Positions 27,441 through 39,925 of a stretch of 64,000 nt of DNA are shown piece after piece. The notes below the pieces were generated by a model. The model was not told where the DNA came from and searched no databases. It was given only the letters and a program-made list of their open reading frames with translations. Each line of letters opens with the position of its first letter. Within the stretch, counting starts at the first letter, position 1. The stretch is from NCBI GenBank assembly GCA_965112155.1, contig OZ218105.1; one strand, written 5' to 3'. The translations under genes were made by a program, and so were the position numbers. Source of the stretch: Podarcis liolepis (taxonomy: Eukaryota).

Positions 27441-28600
27441 TAGGGTTGCCACCTGTCCTTAGAAAATGTGACCGTCCCTGTTTTGGACAAAAGTGTCCCC
27501 TGCCCTGTGTGGACTTCAAACAGGACATTTTCCCCCCAATATTTGAGTTCATCCTCCTCAGAATATTCAGGGAGAGGGTGGGTCCGGTGGAGAGTGAGAG
27601 AGAGGGTTTAGGAAGACAGGGAAGAGGGTAGATCCCATTCATTGGTTTGCGTCACCTACCCATCTCCCTTCTCCTCGCCCCCTGTCAGTATACCTGAAGG
27701 AGCATCTCCATCCCATCATTCAACCCGGACACTGAGGTCCAGCTTCAAGGGACTTCTGGCGGTTCTGTCACTGTGGGAAGTGAGGTTACAGGGAACCAGG
27801 AAGAGGGCCTCCTCAGTAGTGGTGCCTGCCCTGTGGAACGCCTTCCCATCAGATGTCAAGGAAATAAACAACTATCTGACTTTTAAAAGACATCTGAAGG
27901 CAACCCTGTTTAGGGAAGTTTTTAATGTTCGATGTTTCATCATGTTTTTAATATTCTCTTGGGAGCCACCCAGAGTGGCTAGGGAAACCCAGCCAGATGG
28001 ACAGGGTCTAAATAATGAATCATCATCATCATCATCATCATCATCAATGTCCTCACCACTACTATATCTACTGTATTATCCCCACCAACCCCAGGAGCAC
28101 CCCTCCCTTCCTTAACACTGTTGGGCATGAGAGAGAGACAGCTGGCCCAAAATGCCGGCTGCATAACTGTCGGAGCAGCTGATGAGGAACGCGGCCTGGC
28201 GTAAGCGACAATAGAGGGAAGAGGAAAGAAGTAGTGTCCTTCACCCATTCCTTCCTTCCCTCTCGCTGCTGCCCCTCTTCAGTCCCACCACGTGGCCCCC
28301 TCTACCACCCTGCCCTGACCTTTCCTCCTCCCTTCTCCTCCGTGCTCTTCTGCTGCCAGCATGGATGAGAGGCTGGAGCTGCAACTCAAGTTGCCATGGG
28401 AGCTGGCCATCTATCCCCGGCCCCTGGCTGTCTATGTGAGTTGAGTGAAAGAGTGGGGCCAAGTGGCTGAGGCAGGTGGGAAGCCAAATGTGAGGAACCC
28501 CCCTCCACCAAGGGGGGGCAGGATTTGGTGTCATGAGAGTGTTGTGCCTCCCAACTACCAATCTGTCCTGTATTTTGCCTGACCAAAGGTAGCAGCCCTA
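27441..28600. mobile_element. Non-autonomous hAT-type element hosting a nested L2 fragment
   Basis: TIR TAGGGTTGCCACC / GGTAGCAGCCCTA. Flanks aatataagg and aatatagg form a near 8-bp TSD. Confidence 0.7.
27686..28046 (+). mobile_element. L2 LINE 3' end with (TCA)n tail, same family as 24093-24452
   Basis: Direct high similarity to the 24093 copy (TRTLRSS...VVPALWNAFP...FKRHLKATLF). Confidence 0.9.
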
Positions 28601-31600
28601 AATATAGGACTAAGTAGGTGGAACTGAAATAACTACATATTCTTCTATAATACACCCTTGCCTTTTCCCTCTCCTTCAACCTATGCCTTATCTATGTTGA
28701 ATGATAGACTGTAAGCCTCTTAGGACAGGGACTTCTCCACTCATACTTTGCACAGTGATAAGAGAAAAACAACAACACCAGAAATAATAGGGGGGTTATG
28801 TTGTTGTCCCCTGTGATAGAATGAGAGTGGAGTTTCACTGCTTTCCAGCCAGAGGGCTACAAAACTAGCCCAGAGATTCCAGCCTTTGCTTTCAGGATGC
28901 AATAATTTCCATTTTATTCATGTGTAAATAGCTGTGCAGTACAGGGGGGGGGGGGAATGGACCTCCATATTTTCAGTGAAGGTCAGTAAATTTTCTGTAA
29001 AGGGCATCTGTGTGTCTGAAAACATACAGTAAATGAATGCCTGAAAACCTGAACCAATTGCACTTCACAGCAGAGTGTTTCTGAGGCATTTTGAGATGAG
29101 TGGGTTCTCTTGAAATGTTTCAGCAAAATCACGGTCAATTCACTGAGGAGACATGGGGATTCATTCTTTTTCTGTAGTGTGTGAAGTGGCCCTGAGGTCA
29201 CACTGAACTTCATTGGTTTTCAGTTACTAAAATAACAGGAAAGATACCTGAGACCTAGGCAGACAATACAATTAAGGAGTGAGCCGTTTTTGCCTTTGTG
29301 TTGTGTTGTTGTTAATGTCGTTTCTTGGAGGCTAAATGTAAGAAATCCTCTGGGCTCTCGGAGAAGGAAAACTAAGTATTGAAAGTTGCCTGGTGATGCC
29401 TGCAAGGAACAGTGCTGTGAATTGTCCCCCAAAGTCAAGATCCCTGCATGGTGCAATTGGTGATTGCATCAACAAACAATGAAACAAGCAAATGAGAAAC
29501 CCCACAACCTACTTTCAGAGAACTCTGATGAATTTTTGCCTGAAACCATTTCTCTTCTACTCTTCAGATAAAGATTTGACTTGAAATTGTACCAGATAGC
29601 TTCAGGGGAGAAAGTTCAGAGGAACTGATTCCAATTAAACAACATCTTTCATTAATATAGCGCTAATCCTTTTAGCTTCCTAGTTCGTTTTGGGGGAGGG
29701 GAGAAACATTTGTGTTGCTTGATTAAAAACAACAGAAACAGAGATATATGTCTCCTATTCTTACATCTACTTTTGAAAGCTTCTTGATAGTAAGAAATAT
29801 CTTCAACAGGGCTCAGTTTGAGAAAAAAAGATGTGTAAGCTTTTGAGTTACGCAGAAAGCTTTAGAAGAAAGTTTTATACATGTTGGCAGGACTTGGGGC
29901 AGAGTTATGCATTACAATTAGGTAAGGGGAGCTGCCATCAAAAATGACATTTCTCCCTATTTCAAGTTCTCTCCTCTTTCACTATAACATGCATTATATT
30001 TTACAACATCACCAAGTTATGTATTTTCCAACCCAAGCAGCAACAGAGTGAGCAAATTATGCTGATTTTCAGTAGTACACTTGATGTAAACATATTATTT
30101 TGTTAAATGCCAAAAAGAGGTACTCCGGTTGTTTGCATATAAATTGCCAACCATGTGGATGACTCTTATGGGAGCAGGAGACCTTTAGATGGCTGAGAGT
30201 AATGGGGTAGAAGGAGATATCACAGGAATACACTGGTTCATGATGGTTGAGAGAAGGCCAGGAAGGGACTGGGTGTTTGTGGTGGACATGGGAGGAAACA
30301 GAAAGTCACACAGACTTTGACGAGGAATGTGTTTGAACAACAAACAAGGTAAATGATTTTGCGGTAGAGTTTGGACAGAGTTGAGAAAAGGTGTGACAAT
30401 GGAAATGCAGAGAATATTGCAGTAGGTCAGTGTAAGGGATGATTGGATGTGTATTAGAGATTTTGCTGAGGAGACAGAAAGGTAGGGCTGTGCTTTTGCA
30501 ACGTCGTATCAGGAGAAGCAACACAACTCGCTGATGGACAGAATATAAGAAACAAAGAAGGTGGGGGCAACAGGATATATGTTGTCAATTAATATGGAAA
30601 TAATATTTAAGGAGAAAGTTTTGGGAAGAAAGATAATTTCCATTGTGCTACTGTTTTCCAGTAATGGACAAATTTATGAGATAATAAACCCTGCAACAGT
30701 CCCAAGTACCCCATGTAATATCTTATGCACTAGAATTTCTGAAGGACAATTAAAATAAATAACAGCAATAGCACAAGATTTTTATATTATTCCATCATGA
30801 AACTAACAAAAAATGGTGATGGGTGAAAGCGTTTGGGTCTATTTTGAATAGAAAATGAGATGCTCTAAAGAGGTTTTTCCTCTCCGCAGTGCAATTTCAA
30901 AAACCCATTTTTGTGCAAGCAGTTGAAACTAGCATCGAACCTAAACTTTCCAATTAGTACTATTTGCATCACAAATGAAGCCCATTCTTTTTCTTTTCTT
31001 TTCTGGGGACCTATAATACTGCAGAATGCAAACTGTGACATAGTAAAGATAGAGAAAGCTCCAGCTATTTGTGCACAGTTTTTAAACAGTAGGAGGAAGT
31101 TCACCCATTGTGAAAGTTTGTTTCAGACTGGATCGGTGCCACTTTTCATCTGGGCCAGTCAAATGCTTTGGATTATTTGGCAGGAAAGCAGCATTTCTGC
31201 AATTAGGCACCATTTTTAATTATCCTGGATTGCACTTGAATGATCAAATTCTAGCTCCCTGCAGAAAATCTGAAGCTGTGCACACCTGCTTTCCATTGGC
31301 AGAGTTAATACAGCATTTCCTCTCAAAGACATAGAAGTAACAGGGAACAGAATCAGCCCAGACAGTCGAGAGGGAGGAGCAATGTAGGTGGGTCTAGCAC
31401 AGTGCTGTAATTTGCTATAATTGACCAATGTTCCCAAGCTGGGTAGGGGCTCTTTGAGCAAACAGGACTCAGGGTGAGCATAATTTATGATCCTATTTAA
31501 ATGTCAATTTTAAATAAGGATCTTAAATCCTTCCACTGGTCTAAATGCATCCGTCTTGGTTGTTTCATAAAGTTAGGGAAGATAGGCATTTAGGACATGA

Positions 31601-31712
31601 CATACGCTAAATTATGCTTCAATCTGCCCCACAGCTTTGTTGGGTTATTCATATACAGTTTCCTGTGCATAACAAAGGATTGCTTTGATACGTTGGCTTC
31701 TCATCAGATGTA

Positions 31713-32418
31713 CCGTATTTTTCGCCCCATAGGACGCACTTTTCCCCCTCCAAAAATGAAGGGGAAATGTGTGTGCGTCCTATGGGGCGAATGCAGGCTT
31801 TCGCTGAAGCCTGGAGAGCGAGAGGCATCGGTGCGCACAGACCCCTCTTGCTCTCCAGGCTTCAGGAAGCTATCCGCAAGCCTTGCAAGTCCGGCGGGAG
31901 TTCCCGCGGGCTCACAAGAAGAGTTTGGATTTGATATCCCGCCTTTCATTCCCTTTAAGGAGTCTCAAAGCGGCTAACATTCTCCTTTCCCTTCCTCCCC
32001 CACAACAAACACTCTGTGAGGTGAGTGAGGCTGAGAGACTTCACAGAAGTGTGACTAGCCCAAGGTCACCCAGCAGCTGCATGTGGAGGAGCGGAGACGC
32101 AAACCCGGTTCCCCAGATTACGAGACTACCGCTCTTAACCACTACACCACACTGGCTGCAGCCCTGGCGAGTGTCCGCAAGCCTTGCGCGCCCGGCAGGA
32201 GGTCCCGCCGAGCGCGCGAGGCTTGGGGCAGCAGCCTGTCGCCCGAAGCACGGGGAGCCCTCCGGAGGGTGCCCTGTGCTTTGGGCAGGTGTGCACAAGG
32301 CTTGGGGCGGCAGCCGCGGTGGGGGGGGGAATATTTTTTTTTTATTCATTTCCCCCCCCCAAAAAAAAAACGAGGTGCATCCTATGGGCCGGTGCGCCTT
32401 ATAGGACGAAGAATACGG
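31713..32418. mobile_element. CpG-rich non-autonomous Tc1/mariner-type element related to 7501-7759, with a nested SINE
   Basis: TIR CCGTATTTTTCGCCCCATAGGACGCAC / GTGCGCCTTATAGGACGAAGAATACGG, TA/CA flanks and several internal hairpins. Confidence 0.85.
31916..32157 (-). mobile_element. MIR/Ther1-derived CORE SINE (Squam3-like), full length
   Basis: The reverse strand reads AGCCAGTGTGGTGTAGTGGTTAAGAGC...GGGTGACCTTGGGCTAGTCAC, followed by an L2-like tail. Confidence 0.85.
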
Positions 32419-32752
32419 CAATTTTTTCAACATAAAGACATGTCTTTGTTGAAAACCAATATGCCCTATAAAGTTGTTGGAAAAAGAATGTTCTGTGAGG
32501 GAAGGGCTATTCCGATTATCTTTTTTCTTTTTCTAGCATTTCACACAACCAAAGCTGAAAAGCATGTTTGATGACAAGTATGGGGTTTCTAAAGCTCTTT
32601 TCTATCATCCTTTCTATTTATCCACTAATCAGATGTTGTTGGGAGTTAATGTTCAGCCATGAGGTTTTTAAGTACTTGTCAGGTACAAGTTTTAAAATGC
32701 TGGGTGTAGCAAAGATATATTTTTTATTTCACAATATTGGCAGAATCCTGTA

Positions 32753-32986
32753 CTGTTAAACCTCAGTTCCCAAATGCCCCCATTATCTTACGTTCCGACT
32801 CCCGAACGCCAAAAACCCTGAAGTAAGGTTTTCAAACATTTTTCGGAAGCTGAACGTCCAACACAGCTTCCGCTTGAGAGCAAGAAGCTCTTGCAGCCAA
32901 TTGGAAGCCACGCCTCAGTTGTCAGATGTTTTGGAATCCAAACAGGCTTCTGGAACGGATTACGTTAGACAACCGAGGTTTGACTG
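32753..32986. mobile_element. Tigger/pogo-like MITE
   Basis: Degenerate TIR CTGTTAAACCTCAGTT / AACCGAGGTTTGACTG. Internal similarity to the 27142 element in the opposite orientation. Confidence 0.7.
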
Positions 32987-33226
32987 TGCAGAATGGTGCA
33001 ATGAAGATATAGGAGTTTTGAAGCAATTGTAGCTGCAAATAAGGTATGGAGTAGCGAGGTCCTATTGGGTAGATATTGGCAATGGCTGGATACATTTTAT
33101 TAATTTCCAAATGTCAGTTTTAATCCTGCTTGTTAACTCCAAAGTTTCAGCAGCTCCTTGTCTTTTGTTGACTTTGGACGCGATGAAATTACAACTCATT
33201 GAAACATTCACACTTTTCTTCCTCAG

Positions 33227-33467
33227 GCTTCACATATTTCTACAAAGGCAAGGAATACTGGAAATTCAACAACCAGATGCTCAAAGTAGAACCTGGATAT
33301 CCCAGATCCATCCTAAAGGATTTTATGGGTTGTGATGGACCAGCAGACCGGGACAAAGACCGACACAGCCCTCAGGATGACGTAGACATTGTCATCAAAC
33401 TGGACAACACAGCCAGCACTGTGAAAGCCATAGCCATTGTCATTCCCTGCATCCTGGCCCTGTGCCT
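33227..33467 (+). CDS. MMP16: MMP16 terminal coding exon, visible part (end of hemopexin domain, stalk, start of TM helix); continues into the N gap, stop predicted ~33559-33561
   Basis: Acceptor cctcag|GC TTC. Translates to (G)FTYFYKGKEYWKFNNQMLKVEPGYPRSILKDFMGCDGPADRDKDRHSPQDDVDIVIKLDNTASTVKAIAIVIPCILALC. The stop position is inferred from the recalled vertebrate C-terminus (...LYCKRSMQEWV). Confidence 0.95.
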
Positions 33468-33621
33468 NNNNNNNNNNNNNNNNNNNNNNNNNNNNNNNNN
33501 NNNNNNNNNNNNNNNNNNNNNNNNNNNNNNNNNNNNNNNNNNNNNNNNNNNNNNNNNNNNNNNNNNNNNNNNNNNNNNNNNNNNNNNNNNNNNNNNNNNN
33601 NNNNNNNNNNNNNNNNNNNNN
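33468..33621. other. 154-nt run of N (assembly gap or masked segment)
   Basis: Directly visible. It covers the expected MMP16 TM/cytoplasmic tail, stop codon and first ~60 nt of 3' UTR. Confidence 1.
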
Positions 33622-36600
33622 ACTTGAGATCAACAGAAGAGCTGTTATGCAGTTTCCTATCTAGGAGCAGGCATCTGTCCAGCCCCTCGACCAGGGCTGA
33701 TCTTTAAAACCCAGGGGGCTACCTGCACCCTGCACAGGAAGTAAGAGTTCACTCCAGTGGGAAGCTTCCATCGTACACAGTATCTGCCGTTCCTCCAGTT
33801 CTTTTGTCTTTCTTTGTCATTCGGTTCTAGCCTTTTTCCTCTCTGCACGCTCAGTACACCCAATGCAAAACTATCGGGATTTTTCCATAAAGAAGAGGAA
33901 ATGTTACATCAAAAATATAGGAAAACAAGAAGCGTCTCCAGTGTCTCTCTTGGGGTTTTTTCTGTCCCCTTTGAAGCCTGCTCCCCTTTGAAAGAGTTTT
34001 GCGTGAGGTTTAAAAAAAAAACAATAATAAAAATGTAATCATTTTTTTTTTAAAAAAAGAGAAAAGATAGAGCAACTATAACACAACAATCACAATGGAA
34101 CTTTCAGGAAGTGTGAAGACCCAAAACAGCTTTGTCTCCAAAGAGGATTGCTTTCTGTCAGCTACGGATATAGTCCTATACTCCTACTCATAATTTTTGT
34201 TAAGTGGGAGACCAGGATGACACACAGGAATTCAGACTGTTTGGACAGCCATTTTCCAACAAATAAGGGGCCAAAATATCTGCAATATAGTAACAGCCTT
34301 AATGATACATTCATTTTGTGTTTTATACAGCTGTTCTGAGCTATGTCCTCAATGTTTTAACACATTTATATTCATTACTATATTCAGATAGTATCTTTTT
34401 TATTGATTGGTTTAGATTTTGTTGGTTTCCTGCCTCCTCCTCTTCTTTTTCTTTCTTCCTCCCCCCCCCCCCCCGAGCTGTACCAGGCCAGCAGCCCCAG
34501 GCCTCCCACAGGTCTGTCAAGAACACTTAATGTTGAAACCATAGCAGAATGCAGCAAGCCTGTGAAGTAGATTGCAGTGAACTAAAGTGACACTTAATGT
34601 TACAGAGAAACATAATGCTAGTATTAGGTTTGTGTAATCTGTGACCCTTTGAGAACTATAGGTTTTCAGAGTTTCAAGGGCTGTGAACATTGGCAGTCTG
34701 GAAATTATAGGAATGCACAGCTTTAAAAGATTCTGGATTCTAAAGCTTATTTCCTGTGATTTACGAGTTCCTTTGTAGGTGGTCCATAAACCATATCAGT
34801 TCTGCAAATCCTCTCCTTCCTTCCCTCTTAGCATCACTGACTTCTGTCTCTCTCTCTCCTCCTTCTAGTGGCTTTATGCACTCTAGTTTCTATATGACAC
34901 TATATAGTACCATAACAAAACATGGCAGCTGAGACCAGCATGCCAGAAGTCATCAGGATTGGCAGGTACACAGGGCAGGTTGGTAGGTCTGTAAGTGGAT
35001 TAGATACCACACAATTAGAATAACCTAAAATAAGAAAGCGTTTTAAAAAAAATGATTTGCTCACTCTGTTGATGGTGATATAACAGAAGCAAACAATATT
35101 AGATAATTATTATTTTAAAACAATACATTGCAGCAGACAGAATACAAGTGGCTGCAAGTATAGCTGGTCTTTGGTTTCTCAAGATGTGTTATGCTAAGCC
35201 ATTGCAGGAGTCCTCCCACATCTCTGTTGCTTCTTTTATCCAGTCTTCATTGCTCCATGCAATGGTAGCCCCCAGTAACAAGGACCTGACATCCATTTAT
35301 GCTATTGATAGTGTATGTCCTAAGTATTTTGTTTTCATTGCCACCACACACCAACAAACATGGCAATGTTTGCAATGTGTGACACCAATGTGTTGCCATG
35401 CAGATTCCCTTTCATTTTGCTACAGGGCTTTTACATGGGTATGGGCAGTGTAACAGCGAACCACAGTGGCCGAGACTGAAAAGCTGGAAGCGAGTAAGTC
35501 TCGAGACAGACAGCTGCAGTTTTTAGCAAGATGAAGGAAGTATGATAGAGGCAACATTGTCTATGGGATGTATCTCTGTTCATTGCTTTTGCAGTCCCTG
35601 TAGTAGTGCTGCAAAACCCATTGATTAGAAATGACAGCAGGGAAAAAAGAAATCACTTTCGACATCCCAAGAAACAATGCTGCTGTCATATCACCTTCAA
35701 CTCTCATAAAAGCTTTTGTCTTTCTCCAGTCTGAGAGCAACAGGAACATGGGATTGATGATGGAACCAGGTGGAACTCTCTTGTCCAACAACTAGCGTAG
35801 CGCTTGAGTTTGTGTTCTGCTTAACTCTTGCGTTTTTAAACTGTATTGCAGGATTATTCTGTTTGCCTTGCATCATATAGATATGCAGGTGCAGATAACA
35901 GTTCCAATGGAAACCAGAGAGCAAGGACTCTGTCGTTTCATGGTGCTGCCTCTCCCATTGCAAAGTGTTGCCAATCGGGCGTTTGCCTTAGTTCCCAAAG
36001 GGTCACAAGTCCTCTGGCATTTAGCTGTGCATTAAATCACTGACAGAACCAAGGGAGCACCAAAGCATTGTGTCATCATGTGTAATATTTGTGCTAACAG
36101 CAGTATTGTCGTTTTCATGTGACCTGCAGGGCAGGTTATGTATCAATATTTTTTCCTAGAGAAAAGTCAGCAACTGACAGACCTCTTTTTATTGATTTTA
36201 GGAACTGCTTCTTGCAGTGACAGGCTTTTTACAGTCACTAGGCTGTGAACTTATTAAAGGTGTTCAGAAAGGATGCACCCCACATGTCAGATACCTGGCT
36301 TTTTATGAAAGCTGGGATTCCAGGGGAGTAGCTTTTGAAACAATGAACAGCTTGCCTTGAACTTTATTGATCTGTTGATTGTCATTACTGAGTTAAACAT
36401 AGTCTTCTGTGGAAAAGAAAAGAAAAAAAACCTTTGCTGTCTGAATTTCCTTACAGTGTACTGTTTGATGTCTTTGCTCTTTGACCTTTAACTTGCAAAC
36501 CGGCACAAACTCAGTGGGAAATCTGGTGTGGCTGATCTAATTTGGATTGGGACTAGGCTTTTACAACAAAGAGAGTCCTATCTATACATTGTCCAAACAT

Positions 36601-38994
36601 TCACTTATTTTAGAGAAGGGAAATGGCTGTAATACATGGAGGAGCCCCCATCCCCAAGACTGGTGGAAACCAACAGGTAGCACCTGGCAGCGTTCTTGCT
36701 CAGCTCCCATGTATTTCACTGGGCAGTTGGTACAGGAAAATTTCCTTATGGAATGTGCCCAGTATTTGTAGCAGATAGTACCTAGATGGAACAGTTGCTA
36801 TGTATACATGCACACTCTAAAAATGAACTGCAGTGGAAATGAATTTCTGTTTAATTTTGGTTCAATTTTCTGTATAAAACCAGTCCTTTCTGCAAATGAC
36901 TCATTATAGATGATGACATTCTAAAACACACTAAAATACTTGAAAATGGCCGCCATTGGCTTTTACGTCAAAGTTTTTTATACTAGACTCAAGACCGTTT
37001 GTTAGTGATTTCCTAATCCACCTTACTGAATCATTTTTTAGAGAGTGTAAGTACACATTATTTTTTGGTAACAAATAGCTCGACTGCCTTGAATTTATAT
37101 TTATATTGAGCATAGCATGAAGATTAGTATGCCTTTTTATTCAATTGAACATGATTTGGGGTTTTGCTTTGTTTTGAATTGAGGGTCTGTTTTATAATCA
37201 TGTGAGGCATCCTATACAGCATTGCAAGGTATTGTTTTTCTCCGAGCATATATAGAAGTGTGGCTGGATAACAAAAATAAGGAGAAATGGGTTGCTTTGT
37301 AGCACATATGCAATGCCAATAGCATTTTGGAGAGTCTTAGAGGTGCTGTTTGCAGTATCCTAAAGGCTGAGCCACTATGCAACCATTGCATTTCACCAGT
37401 ATATCCATTTTAGTTGTTGGTACAGGAGTACCTTGGCTGACCACATCTGCAAACACAGAGCAATCTGTGAAGTCCTATACTCCACCTCACTTTATAAACA
37501 TACCTATTAACTGGCAAAACCATGAAGTGGTTCCTATTTTGCCTCCGACAGAAATCTAGAAATCATGGTCTGTTACAGGCAAAAAAAAGAACCTGTCCCT
37601 TTGTCCTGGTGTTGACCCTGGGATAACTGAAGCTAAGATGAGCTTAATTCAGATGTTTTAGTTTTGCTGTTGTTTTACTGTAGGCAATAGATTTTTATGT
37701 TACTGTAGCCCTGTCCAGTCATTCAAAGAATGTGTGAGGGCATAAAGTGTGTAGAAGGGCTGTGGGCCAACTTCTCCCCCAATATCTCCACCTGTCTCAT
37801 CCCTGCAGTCTAAAGGAGGGGGCGGGTTAGGTGCATTTGGCTGGACAAGATTAGAAGCCTTGCCATGATCAGGAGCCCTGCCTACATTACCAGGTTCCTG
37901 ATTCCAGGAGGCATCTGAGCACCTTTAGCTAAACACACTTAGAAGACCTTCTAGATCTTCCCTCTCATTCCTGGGAAGGCCAGGAATGGAGCCAGCAGGG
38001 ACTTTGGGATAGGAACAGAGCACACAACCGTGCATTCTCTACACACTTCCTCCTCACATTTGTTCTTTAAATACTTGGAAGGGCTTGGAAGAGTCCAAAA
38101 TATGGTGAGTGTTGGTATTCCCATGTAAACACTGGAGATCCTAAACAATTGTTGTGGCTGTCTTAAAAACTCAAGATTCTCTAGTGACTGTTGACAGCTG
38201 CCTGAATGTGATCGGCAGCTCTCACTTATATGTGTCTGAAAAGTGGAAGGACATTCACGGAATCGGTGCATGAATATCAATGTTCACTACATTTTGGATA
38301 TTCACTGTAGCCTATACGTTACATGAGTATGGTGCTTCAATTTATTTCTGTTCCCTCATTCACTTGAACATTTTGCTCTACTTTCAAAATCGATCTCATG
38401 GCAGCATAGAATTTCAGTACAGTGATTTCCTGGAAAGCAATGAAGAAGCTGAGCATGTTGCTGGTTGCTCTTTTTATAAGGTAATACAAATGTTTATATT
38501 TGGAGGATTTAACGTACAGTAATTATGCAGGAAGGTAAGTGTGATAATGTGCTGTGCTTGATATAAGGTACATCATGGTTATGTGAATGCTTAATAAGTT
38601 GATATATTTAAAAGTGCATTATATATTATATACAGAGAGAAGGTGAATTGAAAAAAAGTTTGGGCATGATTTTGCCATGCAGGTCAACGTTGTATTAGCT
38701 TTTCTATTACAAATTTCTATTTTATGAAGCAATCATTTGATAGTTTCCCCCAGGATCTTGTACCCTATGTGTTCAAGCTAATTTTAGAAATTTGTGTGTC
38801 TTCACTTAAAAAGTTCAAAAATAAGAATGTGAATTTACCAGTTTAGACGTTGAATTCCAACAAGATTATTTTTTTTAAGTCACAATGCGGGGGGGAAACT
38901 GATAATTGATTAGCATTTTGTCTGAAGTCCATCCAACCCTTTTCAAAGGCTGCTTTCTCGCTCATCTATTGGTGAGAACCTTAACATGATCTCT

Positions 38995-39092
38995 AATTTT
39001 AGCATGAAAAAACAGCATTGAATTTTGAATAAATGGGTCTGCCCAATTTTAGCATGAAAAAACAGCATTGAATTTTGAATAAGTGGCATCTG
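38995..39092. repeat. 50-bp tandem duplication
   Basis: AATTTTAGCATGAAAAAACAGCATTGAATTTTGAATAA starts at both 38995 and 39045. Confidence 0.95.
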
Positions 39093-39111
39093 TTTTAAAT
39101 AAAAACCAGAA

Positions 39112-39200
39112 AGAGTCCTGTGGCTCCTCAAAAGCAAACAAATTTGTTGTAGCAAGAGCATTCTGTAGGCAAGAGCCTACTTCATCAGATGCATGAAGTG
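39112..39200 (-). mobile_element. Old Penelope-like terminal repeat fragment with a decayed hammerhead core
   Basis: The reverse strand reads GCAT-CTGATGA-A-GTAGGC-TCTT-GCCTAC-AGAAT-GCTC-TTGC...TTTGTTTGCTTTTGAGGAGCCACAGGACTC, the same layout as the 46160 and 48628 elements. Confidence 0.7.
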
Positions 39201-39925
39201 GACAGTGAAAGCATGAGATTCATATCTATAATACATGGGATCAGTGGAGAGAAGCTGTTTTTAATAAGGCATCTGTAGTCATATTGTCACAGTCCACAAT
39301 GTGGATCAGTGCAACGCAAAAATATAGATGTCATCCATCTATTGCAGTTTATCATTATGGTGTGTTGTGTAAATGGATAAATAGCACAATATTATTTGCC
39401 ATAAACCAGGGGAAAAAATCTTTCGGGGGGGGGGATGAAATTTAAGTAAATACTTTTGTAGGTGATTACTTGGTATGCTGAATTGGAAGGAATATGATCT
39501 TGCTCCAAAGGAGCCCTTTCTAAGTCTCCCTGACTTAAACATAATATGCATTTTATTTAATTCTTGGTGATGTTTTTGAAGCAGGATATGGTTTTAAGAA
39601 GCATAAAAATGCAGCTAAACATAGAACAAAAGTGTATGAAAACACTAAACAATGCAATTAAGTTTAGTAATGAGATTCTCTTGTCTAACTTGGTTACTGA
39701 GATGATTAACAGACCACTCACAATGGTGTTGTCTCACTCACCTACATGTGATCTGTGAACCTATGTAATATATATTTCTCCTCTTATCTATTCAATCCAT
39801 GAACATTATTGTGCAGCCCATTTCCATACTTCTTTATTGTACATGCTTATTTAGAAATCTCATTTCAATTATTCAATGCAGCTTACTCCCAAGTAAATGT
39901 ACAGAGGAGTAAGACCTTAGTAACA

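Noticed and set aside
27642-28115. 157-aa ORF
   Set aside because: It is a chimera of hAT internal sequence, L2 ORF2 end and a (TCA)n tail.
29525-29550. CTGATGA...GAAAC as another hammerhead
   Set aside because: There is no stem II or stem I pairing. Other CTGATGA hits I noticed (near 5393, 10131, 15877, 23161, 28179) also lack the structure.
31597-32571. Overlapping 120-170 aa ORFs as a novel gene
   Set aside because: They arise from a GC-rich, stop-poor MITE plus SINE and show no recognisable domain or splice structure.
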